From Vicugna vicugna (taxonomy: Eukaryota), in assembly GCA_013265495.1 (NCBI GenBank), contig MU058824.1:5971245-6035244 (forward strand): a stretch of DNA of 64,000 bases, in the 5' to 3' direction. How positions within the stretch are numbered: position 1 is the first letter of the stretch; every line of letters starts with the position of its first letter. Of this stretch, positions 1 through 12,590 are shown piece by piece. The translations under genes were made by a program, and so were the position numbers. The notes beneath the pieces were generated by a model that had not been told where the DNA came from, searched no databases, and saw only the letters and a list, made by a program, of their open reading frames with translations.

Positions 1-696
1 CCTTTCTGCCAGATAAATCTTAGTAAAATCTGAAGAAGATTTTCAGAGATTATGCAGTGCCCTTTAATTTCTCTTTTGTGACCTATTCTAGGCAAACAAA
101 ATCAGGCCATAGAAGTTATTAGAAGCAACTGCTCACTCTGGAACTCTCATTAAGAACAATCACTTAAGAGCTCTTACTTGGATGATGTGAAAGAAACATT
201 CATACCTGAACCTTTACAAATAGTCTTTTGTTATAATTAAGTTCATATATTAGAAGCTTCAGAGTTATCATACAAACCTTACTGCAGCTAACTTTAATCA
301 GCCTGAAATAGAACATCAGGCAATGTTTATACATAAAAGTTTATATCTGAAGGGTTAACAGCTGGTAACTTCCACACTTGGAAAAGAAGCATCAATTAAT
401 AATCACAGTTAAAACTACATAAACGCACACACAAAATCTCCTTCAAGTTGCCAGGGAAATAGCAGTTTTTATAACTTACTCCAAAACATTTTAAAGACCA
501 AACTAACATCATAAACTGAGACTTGAGCATGCAATTTGTAATTCATGTCACTATGGGATAAATGAGGCTTGATGCTATAGAAGGAAGAAAACCGAAAGTC
601 CAACCCAGTTCTCTAGTGTCTGCTAATTAGCCTTAGGCAAGTTACTTCACTACTTCTAAGTTAGCTCCTTTTGTGTAACTTAGAGTTAAAGATTGT

Positions 697-749
697 TCTC
701 TCTCTCTCTCTATATATATATATACATATATGTGTGTGAGTATATATAT
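697..749. repeat. (TC)n-(TA)n-(TG)n compound microsatellite
   Basis: tctctctctctctc tatatatatatata catatatgtgtgtg seen directly. Confidence 0.85.
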
Positions 750-764
750 GGAATAACATATAGT

Positions 765-1000
765 GGAGGAGCTAAGAAGTTGAGACTAGGAGAGACTGTA
801 TGAGGGTAAATTTTGGCTCTGCCACTTACAAGCTATATGATCTTAAATATATTATCAAACTTCAGTGTGCTTTAGTTTCCTCATATGGCAATAATTGTAT
901 CTACTTCATAGGCAGTTGTTTTAAACAATATAATATAGAGACCACTTAGTAAAGTGCCTGATACTTAGCGAGCTCTCAGTAAGCATTACTAATTTATTTA
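765..1000 (+). mobile_element. MIR SINE
   Basis: ggctctgccacttacaagctatatgatc...tttagtttcctcat...gtgcctgatacttagcgagctctcagtaagcatt matches recalled MIR core and 3' end. Confidence 0.75.
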
Positions 1001-2499
1001 TATTTATGGTTATTATTTTTATGTAGCACAACACCTAGCTCATTAAATCCTTGCTCTTTAACTTCAGTTTTTACTTAGCAGAAATAAGAAAAACTATATA
1101 TGAGAGTTTTTTGTATTCATTAGCATTGCCAAAAATAATATGGGTTTTGTGCATATTGGGACCACTATACAATAGAAGATAATGGTATTCTGGTAAATAA
1201 GCATATTTCTTGAAATATAAGAAAGCTACTCATAAGGCTGCATTGAATATACTTCATTAATTTCTAAGTGGGAAATCATTATAAAAACAGTTCTGATGCA
1301 CTGCTAATGCAGAAACCAATAAAGCTAGATAGACATATCTTTTTAACTAAGACTTACTCAATATTGCTAGAAAACAGACATGTAGCTAGATCATTCTGGT
1401 TACAATGAGTCAAATTCTGTCTTTCTCTAGAGCTAATAATATGAAACTAAAGGAACTCAAAACTACCTAGCTAATTTTTTTCAAAATAACTGCATACTTT
1501 TTAATTTGTATTCTACATATATATGTAATTATTTTGTGTCAAGACACTATTAAGCTTTATCGATCAGGAAACCAAAACAATTTTCTCCTAAAGGTATATT
1601 TTGCAATTAACAGCATATTAACTGCTCCAGAACTAATCAGTGATCATTAAAATGTTCTTACTTTTAAATAGAGAGGAAAAACTTAAGAGAATTTAGTAAA
1701 CTAGTAAGCAAATAAATAAATATTTTAAAAAACAATCTGGAGGCTAAAAATATTGGAGTACACTAAATTTATGCTCAATCTTCTACACAGTTGGTACACT
1801 AGCAAGAATTTATAAAAGCAACCAAGTTTTTGGGTGGGAAATCTACAGCCACTGCTATTAGTTTCTGCTAACACTTCATCACAGAGCTATTAGGTGCTTG
1901 TATATTTTGTATATTTTTTATACAAATATAGAAATTTTGTATATTTTTTAACAGGACAAGTTCTCCTCTGTTTCCAGAGTTGTCTTAGCAATAGAATCTA
2001 TCTTCGAATTATAAAACTTGTCTTAAATGTATATTTATTGTGGAGATTTCCATTAATTTCCAGTGGTTCAGTTTAACAGTCATCATTTTAAAGAGAAACC
2101 CTTATTTTCAAATTCTAGTATTGCTGCTGCTGTTTTACAAGCCACGGTATATTCTACCTGATTATCTCTTTATATTTCTGTGATTCATATAAGAATCCTT
2201 ATATATATGGATTTGGAAAGGTATAGAGTTCATCATACTTAGGTTTACAACAATTTATGAAAGCCCAACATATGTCAGTTAGTCCAATACTTAGTGCTGC
2301 CACCCCCACAACTTCTTTGAATTCTCACAACAACCCTGACAGAAGAGCATATTTTACAGAGAAGAAACAGAATAACCAAAAGATTGGATCACATGGTCAG
2401 GGCAATCTGATAGTAAGTGGCAGAGCTGATAATGTGTGTGTCTATAACCTTGAAGTTATCCTTTCACATTTATTAAAAATTGATCTTGTAGAGATTTCC

Positions 2500-4560
2500 A
2501 TTTTGAAACATGGTAGACTAAGTCCTCTGTTCTAGAAACAACAAAAATGCTGGAAAAAATATAGAAAGAAAAAAGAGAGGAAGGAAAGACATTTTAAATT
2601 ACTGAGTTGGCAAGAAAGGGAAATTTCAAAGGTCAATAATGAGGTAAAACCAGAATCTGAAGAGACAATAAATCAAAGCAGTTTTCATGCTGAGCACATG
2701 TACTCAGTCCTGGGTACACTGAGTTTCTGTTTTGATGAATAAGTAAGTAGAGTGTGGGAACAAGAGACAAAGTGTAGGACCAGCTCCAGATGGGAGTTCT
2801 AGAAAGACACAGCTACAAGAGGAGTTATCCCAAAGGGCTATACCCATGTTGTAGCAGTAGAACAGAAACAAATAAGACCCTTAGAAAAAGACAAGAAAGA
2901 TTTCCATTCTCAGCCTTGGCTCTGGGTGGAATGAAAGTCTCCTTTGAAAATTCATAATCATGAGACAGCTATATCTTCAGGATAAGCCCAACAACTTTAA
3001 ACCAAGACTTATGTTAAATTTGTCCTGGATTACTGGTAGCTCTGGGCTTTTGGCAGAAGCAAATCCTCTGGATGAACATACCATTGCTCATAGGAGCAAT
3101 GCAGATAGAGTTCCCCTTAATAGTAGTTCAGATTCAAAAATCTCAAAACTCACAGGGAAAGAAGTTACAAAAAGAGAGCCAACACAAACAAGAAGACTCT
3201 AGAAATGGAAAATATCAGGCTCATAATATAAAAATAAGTATATTCAATATTTAAATGAATAAGAGAAATATTACTCAATTATAAAAAAGAGTGAAATAAT
3301 GCCCTTTGCAGTAACATAGATGGACCTAGAGATTATCATACTAAGTGAAGTCAGACAAAGACAAATATATGATACTACTTATATGTGGAATCTAAAAAAT
3401 AGTACAAATAAATTTATTTACAAAACAAAAACAGATTTGAGACATAGAAAACAAACTTATGATTACCAAAGGGGAGGTGGGGAGGGGTAAATTGGGAGTA
3501 TGGGATTAACAGATATAGACGACCATATATAAAACAGGTAAACAACAAGGATTTACTGTATAGCACAGGGAATTATATCCAATATTTTGTAACAAACTAC
3601 AATGGAAAAGAATAAAAAAAAAATACAGATATACACTGAATCACTTTACTGCATACTACATGATGATTCTCTTAATTTTTATAATTGTCCCTAACATATC
3701 CTGAGATAGTTGGGAAACTAACACAATATTATAAATCAACTATACTTCAATTAAAAATTAATAAATGAATAAAAGAATGACATATAACTAAAGAAAAAAG
3801 TTTGTAAAATGGCGAAGTTGAATTTGTTAGAGAAAGAGGGAATTTGTAGAAATACTACTGAAGAAGAAAAACATGTTTGAGGGACTGGCTCTCCCCAGGT
3901 ATCAAGAATTATAATAAAACTGTAAAAACTGAACATTTGTAATTAGTGTAAGATCAATCAAATAAACTAGATATCCCAGGAAAAGAGCTAGTATTGTAAA
4001 TAATCGGGGAAAAAGAGGAACTACTCAGTAAGTGTTGCTGAAACATTCAATAAGTGTTGCTGAAAATTTATTGGAACCTGGACCTGAATAAAAAATAAAA
4101 TTAAATTCTGAGTAGACTAAATAACTAAATGTGAAAGATAAAACCATAAATCTTTTCAGAAAACTATAAAGAAATATATCTTTAGGAACTTAGGATGATG
4201 ATTTTTTTAAACAGAGCACAGAATGAGATAACCATAAAGGAGGAGATTTATAAAATTAACAACTGCCATTTATCCAGCAATATCATGAAGAAAATGAATT
4301 TATAAGCCACAAACAGGAAGGAAATACTGCAACATACGCAACTGCTTTTCTGTACTCTATTGTAGCCTTTAGTTGATGAATTTTTTGCTGATATTTACTT
4401 TCCAGGAAGGAGACTTCCTTTCCAATGATTCTCTTAATTTTTATATTATAATTGTCCCCAACATATCCTGAGAGTTGGGTAAAAGGTTTTCCAATCTGTG
4501 GATCAATTCCAAATATTAGAGCACTAGAAAAAAAAAAATGCACAACCACAGCATAAAGAA
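2500..4560 (+). mobile_element. Old L1M (L1ME-like) fragments: 5' region, ORF1 and ORF2 remnants
   Basis: A-rich L1-like segments such as ctaaatgtgaaagataaaaccataaatcttttcagaaaactataaagaaatatatc; interrupted by a younger L1 3' end. Confidence 0.6.
3280..3770 (+). mobile_element. 5'-truncated artiodactyl-type L1 3' end (ORF2 tail plus 3' UTR)
   Basis: gatggacctagagattatcatactaagtgaagtcagacaaagacaaat...gatttactgtatagcacagggaa...gaaactaacacaatattataaatcaactatacttcaattaaaaa. Confidence 0.85.
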
Positions 4561-4654
4561 AGAGTGACAGAGAAATCTATTGCCAAGGTCCAGATATGTG
4601 TGTTTTATAAAAGGCATGGGGAATTTAAAAATAAAGATACAGTGAATGATAAGG

Positions 4655-4760
4655 AAGCAAAGGGAGAAAGAAAGTAGAAAGAAAATGAAGGAGGAGGAGG
4701 ATGAGAGGGAGGAAGAGGAAGGAAGGAAGGAGTGGAAAAGAGGGAAAAATGAAAGACGAA
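4655..4760. repeat. GA-rich low-complexity tract
   Basis: gaggaggaggatgagagggaggaagaggaaggaaggaagg. Confidence 0.8.
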
Positions 4761-4884
4761 GTAGAGTTCTGGGAACAGGAGACAAAGCCTAGGACCAGCT
4801 CAAGAGGGGGGTTGTTCTAATAAGATAGCTCTATATAAAGCAGATATCTCAAAGGGCTATACCCACAGAGTAGCAGTTTCTTTT

Positions 4885-7715
4885 ACTCTCAGTTTGGCTA
4901 ATCAGCAGTGGCAGCAGCTATATCATCTTTGGTGAAAGAGTTTATGCTACTGAATCCATGAATAGCCTCCAGCCCTGACACCATGTTTTCTCTATATGTG
5001 ATCTCATCGCGTGATGATGAGGTGGCCATGGAGAGAGGCTGGTTAGTATTCTCAGGAAGTATCATTTTATTCACCTATTGTTGAGACCATCCTCTTTGGG
5101 AGTTCTTTGGTAGTATGATACGTTTTACTCTCATGTCCATGGTTCACCTTGTTCATAGCTGTTTCCAGTATCAGGAGCTAGTTCCACTTTGCAGTTTTTC
5201 CACATAGGTAGCACCAGCCTTATCATGCCCTTTCATACTTAGCACATCAGCTGGGACCCCCTTCTCACAGGTCTAAATCCCAGCTCCTCAAGGTCCTTCC
5301 ACTGAGCTGCTAAACACTTATACCAGCCAAGCAAGGCCCCTCTTTGAGGTGTGAGTCCCTTGTTCAAGCCTCCAGATTTTAATAATCCCTATGTCTTCCA
5401 TTTTACTATCACTCTAGGAGTAATAAGTGCTTCCTATAGTTGCTACTTTTGTGATACTTCATGGTCCTTTTGCCTTTTCAGTTATCGTGTAGTAGGTTAA
5501 CGATTCTTTATGTTAACATATGGTTTTTGTCCTTTAAATGAACACTGACAGACACAGTGATCAAAGCCCTTTATGAAAGAAATCAGGAGAGTTAATTGAG
5601 CCCTAAGGACAGTGTCAGTGTACTGCTGTCCTTACTATGTGAAGTTGTACCTGTAATTGACCAATGTCAGTTAAGAAGAAAGCATTCTCCAAATCAATAA
5701 CCACATAGTAAATAACAGAGGCAGTGCTTATCTGCTTCAGAATAGATACCACATTCAGCCTGGTAGCTTCGATTAGAGGTGCCACCTGGCTAAGTTTATG
5801 GTACTCCACTATCTGCTGTCATGTTCCATCCGCTTTTTGCAGAGTTCAGGTAAGGGAATGAAACGTGGATCACCACTGCTACATTCTCCAAGTCTTCGAT
5901 AATGGTACTAATCTCTGCAATTCATTCCAAGACCAGTATTACTTCCAATTTATTGCTATGGCTGTATGACAGGTGTTGGGACAATTTTAGGGGCTTTCAC
6001 AATGCTTCCTATATAAGTCAGGAAACCAATGTAAGGGTTCTGACAGCTCCTATGTATAGTATATCTACTCCAATTATATTCTCCTGGCCTGAGAAAATAA
6101 TCACAGAATGGATCTTCAAAACCAATAGATCCAGAAAATTTCATTTGTCATGTGGCCTTCCTAGTCTTCACCCTAGTCAGGCCGTGATAACATTTCAGGT
6201 CTCCTGGTATAAGTGTCTACACAGACCTCATAGTTAACAATCCTTTAAGAGTCTGATATCCTCTTTCAAAAAAAGGAGTTACTCTCTGGGAAATAATCAG
6301 AAAAATATTTTTCCACATATATTTTGGCAGAATTGCAGAGTCCTTTTAAAGGAAACCCATTTTTTCCTTCAACCAATGGGCTATGAGTCAGTAAATTAAT
6401 ATATATCTAGAAACAGAATGAAAAGCTTCCATTTTCCTTTGTGGTGGTAGGTGTCAGCCTTGCACTCAACACTTTCAGGGTTATTATTATTATCGTTGTT
6501 GTGTTATAAAAAGCAAGCAATATTCTAGTCACTATCCATAGTGTTTCTCTGATTTCTTTACCAAATATTTGGTGAGTCACATTAAAACAGGTGAAGGCAT
6601 TTCAGCTTTTATTTCTTAATTGGGAGGTGGAAGTGCTTCACCCAAACACAAATTTTCTGTTTTCTTGAAAACACAGCTAGTGTGCTCAGTTGTGCACGAT
6701 TTTTGCCACGTGAAGCCACTGCATCACAAGCAATCCATCCAGGGGAGAATGGAACAGACATTTGTTTGCCATTTCCTATCTCTCATTGATTAAAGTTCAC
6801 TCCATGGTAAATTAACTTCTTCTCATTTCTAGATTATGTTATTACCTCCTCTGAGGAGCCACTTGAATGAGAAGCGAGAGTTTCAGTGGATCCAGTGAGC
6901 CCACTGGGACTTACTCCTCCCATCTCTCACCCCTACTGCCTCCCGGTAAATATTAGCTGTAGAATAACTTGGGTTAGCTGCCTAAACGAGAGCAGGAGTA
7001 ATGGACAGCAAGGAGAACAAACATCATCTTGCTAGATAACTGCTTTATGTAAAAACATTGCCATCTCCAGGTATTGTGAGGCCATTCTCCTCTAGAAAGA
7101 GAAAAGGGGCTGCTTCTTATGACCAGCGATTCAGAGAAGCAAAAGGATTCAAGTTTCCTGAGCTTACCCACTTAAACTGCTAGCCTCAGTATCTTACTCT
7201 TTCTTTATCAGAGCCCTGACTTTGACAGAGGAGAAAGGACAGATTTTAATTTTGTTTCCTTTTAGGTGTCTGTCACATTTATAATTAGATCCCTAGCCTG
7301 TTTTTTTTTTTTCTCTACTTTGTTGGTTTCTTTGTTTTTAGCTAGTCTTCTTTAGGGCCACTAGAGACTTCCTCTGGCATTCACAGCATACCTTATATAA
7401 ATAATTATTTGACCTAACTATATCACTTTCTTTTTGTAAGGCCCCCAATGCCATCAAAAGCAGCTGCCTCATGCCATAAGTTTTACATTATTTTCTGCTT
7501 TCTTAATCAACTGCAGTAGCCATTTCATTTCCAATGACTTGCCTCTGCACCTCATCTTAGTTCACCACCAACAGAAACTTCAGCAATTGTGAGGACATGC
7601 ATGACAGAGATTACGATGACCCCCATCACACCAGCAGCAACCTGACCCCTATTGCCCTCTGCTAGGCAGGCACTCCAACACCCTGAGGGTCTGCTGTCTA
7701 GGACTTCTGATACGA
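4885..7715 (-). mobile_element. Degraded ERVL (class III ERV) internal region with gag/pol remnants
   Basis: ORF 5615-5809 (YHKLSQVAPLIEA...VVSILKQISTAS..YYVVIDLENAFF) resembles the ERVL reverse transcriptase segment; 4895-4985 reads HGVRAGGYSWIQ...TKDDIAAATA, like the ERVL integrase N-terminus; PBS-like TCGTATCAGAAGTCC at 7715-7701. Confidence 0.8.
5210..5556 (+). mobile_element. LTR33-like ERVL LTR nested in opposite orientation within the ERVL internal region
   Basis: 3' end ...tggtttttgtcctttaaatgaacactgacagacaca resembles the ERVL LTR terminus; 5' boundary uncertain. Confidence 0.45.
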
Positions 7716-8270
7716 GGGTTCTAAGGGAATCTCTGGCCTTAGTTTCCTAGAAAAGAGAACCCAAGAGGAAGTTTATCTGCTTAAAATTTTATTCAGTTTA
7801 GGAAATACAATCCCAGGGAAGCAAGAGTGAGTGGGAAATTGAACAAAGCACACAGGAGGAAGAGTATTAGGAGGTGGCACATTACCCAGCTGTCCACAGC
7901 CTTATAAAAACATAACTGATTTGCTTAATCATGTGGGGTGTTTGCTATATCGAACCACTACTCTTTAAGTAGTCCGTACAGTGGGGACAGGCCAGCAATC
8001 TATCTACCAGCTCTTTCTCATCTTTTGTCTAACACCTTCTCATATATGGGTTGTGTTATTACCCCTCTAGGCAGATACTAGGGAAGAAAGCCTGTGATTA
8101 GTGGGTCCAGTTGGGTTGACCTTGTGCATTGGAATTCCAGACATGGAAGACATAATAGAACCTTTGCCACAGCCTCATCTTCACTCTGGCCAGGAATCAG
8201 GGCAGTGGTTGAAGCCTGAGAGGCAGATGGGGCTGGGCAGATGTGGTAGACACTTAAACTGATCAGTACA
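7716..8270 (-). mobile_element. LTR16-like 5' LTR of the ERVL provirus
   Basis: Adjacent to the PBS-like motif; ttagtttcctagaaaagagaacccaagagg...caatcccagggaagcaagagtgag resembles LTR16-family antisense; ends ...cagtaca (TG on - strand). Confidence 0.6.
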
Positions 8271-11200
8271 CTATTAAGGATATCTATTATCTCATATAAA
8301 AGTATGTCCAAAAGTAGTTCGGGTTCTAGGACTGTTTAACTTAGCACTTTAATACATTCATCAGGGCCCCAGACAGATTGTATCTCTCCATTCTGCCATA
8401 TATGCTGCCTTCCATCCACTCAAGCTTAGTTCTCCACACAGTAAGGAGGTGGCTGTCATCTGGCTAAAGGAAAAATGCTTCCTTGTCTGCATTAAGCAAC
8501 AGAGAGAAGAACTCTTCCCCACTCTTCAAACTTCGGGAGATAAGAAAAGAATATATTCCATTAATGGAGAAATACCTCTAGTTCAGTATAATTTGGAAGA
8601 ATTATATCCAAAAAATGTATAAAGGTTGGTTAGATTAATTTCATAAATCTAAGTAATACTACTAAATTTTTTAACCTTACACTAGGGAGTCAGAAAAAAA
8701 CAAGTGTGTTGTGCAGAAAAACTATTCACAGCTTTTCGACCTCGTCATTCTCTAATAAAGCTGGCAAGTCTATGTGCTTCTAGGACTCTCAAAGTGCAAC
8801 ATCACAAGCTATTTCATGAATCCCACTCACACTCTAAAATAATTCATTGACTTCTTTCCCACAGAAATAACTAGGACCTTCACTTGAAAACTCTAAATAC
8901 CCAGCGTTTTAAAAAAAAACAAAAGTTAGATATGAAAAATATGATTCACATTAACCTTTATATTTCAGCAAGTGAGTTTTAACACTCTAATTCTGAAATA
9001 AACTTAAAAGAAGAAATAAGAGTATTTTTCAAGTAACATTGATAATCTAAAATTAAATTCTCAATCTCCCTGGGCGTAACCTGAAATTGTCAATCAATCA
9101 GCCTCCTGACCTCTGACAAATCACTTAACCATTACAAGTTTATTTTTCATCTATTAATGGACAACCAAGATGATCAGGAAAAATTTAGTTCTAACAAAAC
9201 AAACTGTTGCTAACTAAAAATGTTGAAGATACTGAATTGTTTACTGGCATCTGAAACCTGGAAATCTCAAAGCTCAACCTGTTTAGATGTTATAATGGAT
9301 TCTTCAAGAGTCAACACTGATGTCAAGAAAGAAAAATAAATTTTACACTCAAAAATAAGATCTTTGGTTGCATTTTACATTTATATGTATGGAGAGTGAG
9401 GAATGAAATTAACTGTAATTTCAAACTTCTCCTCCAAGAGAGAAGAATGACATTTTACTGGTAAAAATAAATTTCAAATGCTTGGAGCCTGCTTTGTGCA
9501 CTAATAAAAAATCAAATGGGGAAAAAAAAGCAATCTGATTAAATTATATGTGCCTTTTCCTATGCCAATGGAGCTTAGCTAAGCAAACAGAAGCAGTGAA
9601 GTAAATCAATGTTGGTTTATTAAAGATCAGAATTCAATATCTCAATGGTTGAGGGGCTTATGCACCAGAGTGCTCACTGTTTAGCTTTCCTTTGCTAAGA
9701 AAGTAAACATGGCAGTATCAAAGAAAAACTTGTTCAGAGAATGACACTGACAAGCTAGGCTTCTCAAGGTGGAGCTTATTTTGTAGCTCTCAGAAGATAT
9801 TATGTAAATAGAATATATATTTTATCCTAGTATTTAACATTTCAACTTTTCTTCAAGATCTTTATTTAATAAAAAATTATTTTTTCTTAGATATTTTTAT
9901 TTTTCACCAGTAAAAGCACTTTCACTTCCCAATTAAGAAATGAAAGCTGAAATGCCTTCACCTGTTCTCATATGACTCACCAAATATTTGGTGAAGAAAT
10001 CAGAGATTAATTTCTCATTCGGATCCATCTTACAATGAAGTCATAAATAATAGCAAATTTGTAACATCATATTAATCTCCATGGTAACAGGCTTACTGCA
10101 CAAACAGAGAATTATGACTTCATGGGAGAATCAAACAATGGTAGGAGTGGGCTGCAAGGAAGAAAGCTCATTTTCAAACTCATATAATCTACAGTAATTG
10201 TACTGGGAATACAGGCAAGCCTAGCAAAGCAAATTGCTTTTCACAGAAATATTTTGTTTTTTTCATGTGTGTTCCACAATGAAAATCTTTCTTTAAATTG
10301 CATAGAGTGTGTGACATAAGGCAATTCTAATACATAGTCAATGTGAGACAGGCAATCTGGGATATGAAGGTTTGAACTGGGACTGACAGTATCAGGAAAG
10401 AAACACAATGCATCCAAAACAGCACCATGCATGGCTGAAGGAAAAAAACACAGAATTGCTACTGATGTGTTTACTATCCAAGCATCTAAGATTTATTTAT
10501 AAAGGAATCAGTGTCTTCATCTTTCCTTTCCTATTTTACTTCCTCTCAAACTCAATCTATAAAAATTATACTTCCCTTTTTGGATTTGCTTTCATTTTGG
10601 AGAAATTGCTATACTCTTATACCTAAATAACATCCCTGGGGATTATTCATATGCAAATTATTTTAAAAGATTTCTCCAACTATCCTTTTTCTCCAACTGG
10701 TATTCTTTGCTGTAATCTCCTTTCCTTTATAAAAGAAAAAGCTTGCTCACAGCAAGCCTAGGGCTTTTACAGGACTCTATAGCCAGGCAATAGTGCTAAT
10801 GTTTTTCTGAGATTAAAAAAATTAATAAATCATACCTCCAAAGTATGCCAATGGATTACACACTGTTTTTTGTTGTTGAATTGTGTTGTGTTTTGTATCA
10901 TTTTGTTAGGTTTCCTTTTCTAGTAAGTGGGGATATCTTTAGGAAAACAACAAGAAAAACAAACAAATGAACTAAAATTTTCCATCAGTAGCACTCAGGA
11001 AAAGGAAGGGTTAAAATAATAATTTAAGCACAGGCCAAAAGATTGCAAACTCTCCCAAGTCTTCTAATATTTACATTGACATAGGGCCTGAATGAAGTGT
11101 TCTGAAAAGCAGCCTGTTGTGAAACAGTCAAGACATTTTTGTGGGCCAGTATTTTCACGGACTGTCCCACTAAATTCCAATCTGCCTGTGCTGAAGGCCA

Positions 11201-12089
11201 AAGACGACATATAACTTATGATTAAGGATAACTCAGTGTGAAAACTACTTGTGAGTTGTCAAGAAGTAGACCTCATTACCCACAACTGGTTCAATTAAAT
11301 ATTTGAGGCAAGAAAATGATCTGACCAAATCCTCAGAAAACATTACACCAGGTTGAATGACTTGAGACTTTAACATGTTTGAAGTCAAATAGAACACCAG
11401 GTTCCTGAAGCTCTTATAATTAGATGGACATTGACTAGTAATGCCAGGGTATATATTGTATTTTCTTTCCAACATCTAGTTGATATTACACTTTCAAAAA
11501 AGGTGTATGTCATTGAATCTTCCACTTTCTCACCTGCCTGCAATACGCACCCAAGTGGACAAATAGAGAGTTGACTTGATTAATTTGTTGCCAATTTCGT
11601 GACATTCTCTTAGTCAAGATTAAAGTAGGAGGAGGATTTTTGTGATATTTTAATAAACATCAGAACAAGTGAGACTACAATTCTTTCCAGACTCTTCTTA
11701 GGCAACCTCTGGAATATCTCTCCCTCCTTCCTAGCCTCTCCCCTAAGATATTTAAGGGCTGAGTATAGTCAAAAGCTAAAAAGATTAGGCTCTGATGGTC
11801 TAACTCCTTTCTGCTCATCCATATTGACTTTGCTTATCCTTACCAATGTGGATTAGAGTAACTGCTTAGGGAAAAAATTCTAATTTAGGACTCAGGTTAG
11901 AAGTATATTTATAAATAAATAGTAATTACTCTGCATGCCTAGTGTCAAGAAACTTGAGTAATGTAAGTAAATATTTAAACCATAATAAAGTCAGTCCCTT
12001 TTAGTCAACATTTTGCCTGATAAATTCCACTTAATTCAACTTTACTATTAGTAATGGAAGTAGTCATAATAGAAAAGTTAATTACAACA

Positions 12090-12290
12090 ACAACTTTTTT
12101 TGACCATTTGTCTATCATGACCAGTTTCGGTGCTATGTACTTTTTAATGTATTATTTTATGTAATCCTCACTCTAACCTTAAAAAGTTTGTATTATGAGT
12201 TCAACTACATAGATGAATAAATGCATGCTCAATAGATTAATGATATCCTTAAGTTCAAAGAGTTAGCAAGTAATAGAATAGGCATTAACT
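12090..12290 (-). mobile_element. MIR SINE
   Basis: ttttatgtaatcctcactctaacc...acatagatgaataaatgcatgctcaatagattaatgatatcct is MIR core antisense. Confidence 0.6.
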
Positions 12291-12404
12291 GATCTGTCAC
12301 AACATTTTTTACTTTTCAGTGACACCTGCTTATAGAGTTTCTGCAACATGGTATAAAACCAGAAGACAACTAAGTCTGAAAAAGACAGCAATCCTGCCAG
12401 ATGG

Positions 12405-12590
12405 GCACACACCCATATATACATATACATATTATAGATAGATACACACACATATATATGACATATCACATGATATATGTGTATGTTTGTATGTGTATAT
12501 AATATATCCATACACACAAAAACACACACATACATATAACATATGATATGTCACATGTATATAGATATGTGTGTGTATGTATATGTATCT
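12405..12590. repeat. Degenerate alternating (TA/CA/TG)n microsatellite block
   Basis: cacacacccatatatacatatacat...gtgtgtatgtatatgtat. Confidence 0.85.

Noticed and set aside
4029..4066. Short tandem duplication taagtgttgctgaaa x2 (similar ones at ~1900-1950 and ~59403-59460)
   Set aside because: Ordinary micro-duplications with no functional signal
4516..4785. Ser/Phe-rich membrane-like ORF (likewise the poly-Phe ORF at 59840-60028)
   Set aside because: Translation of GA-rich or T-rich low-complexity tracts
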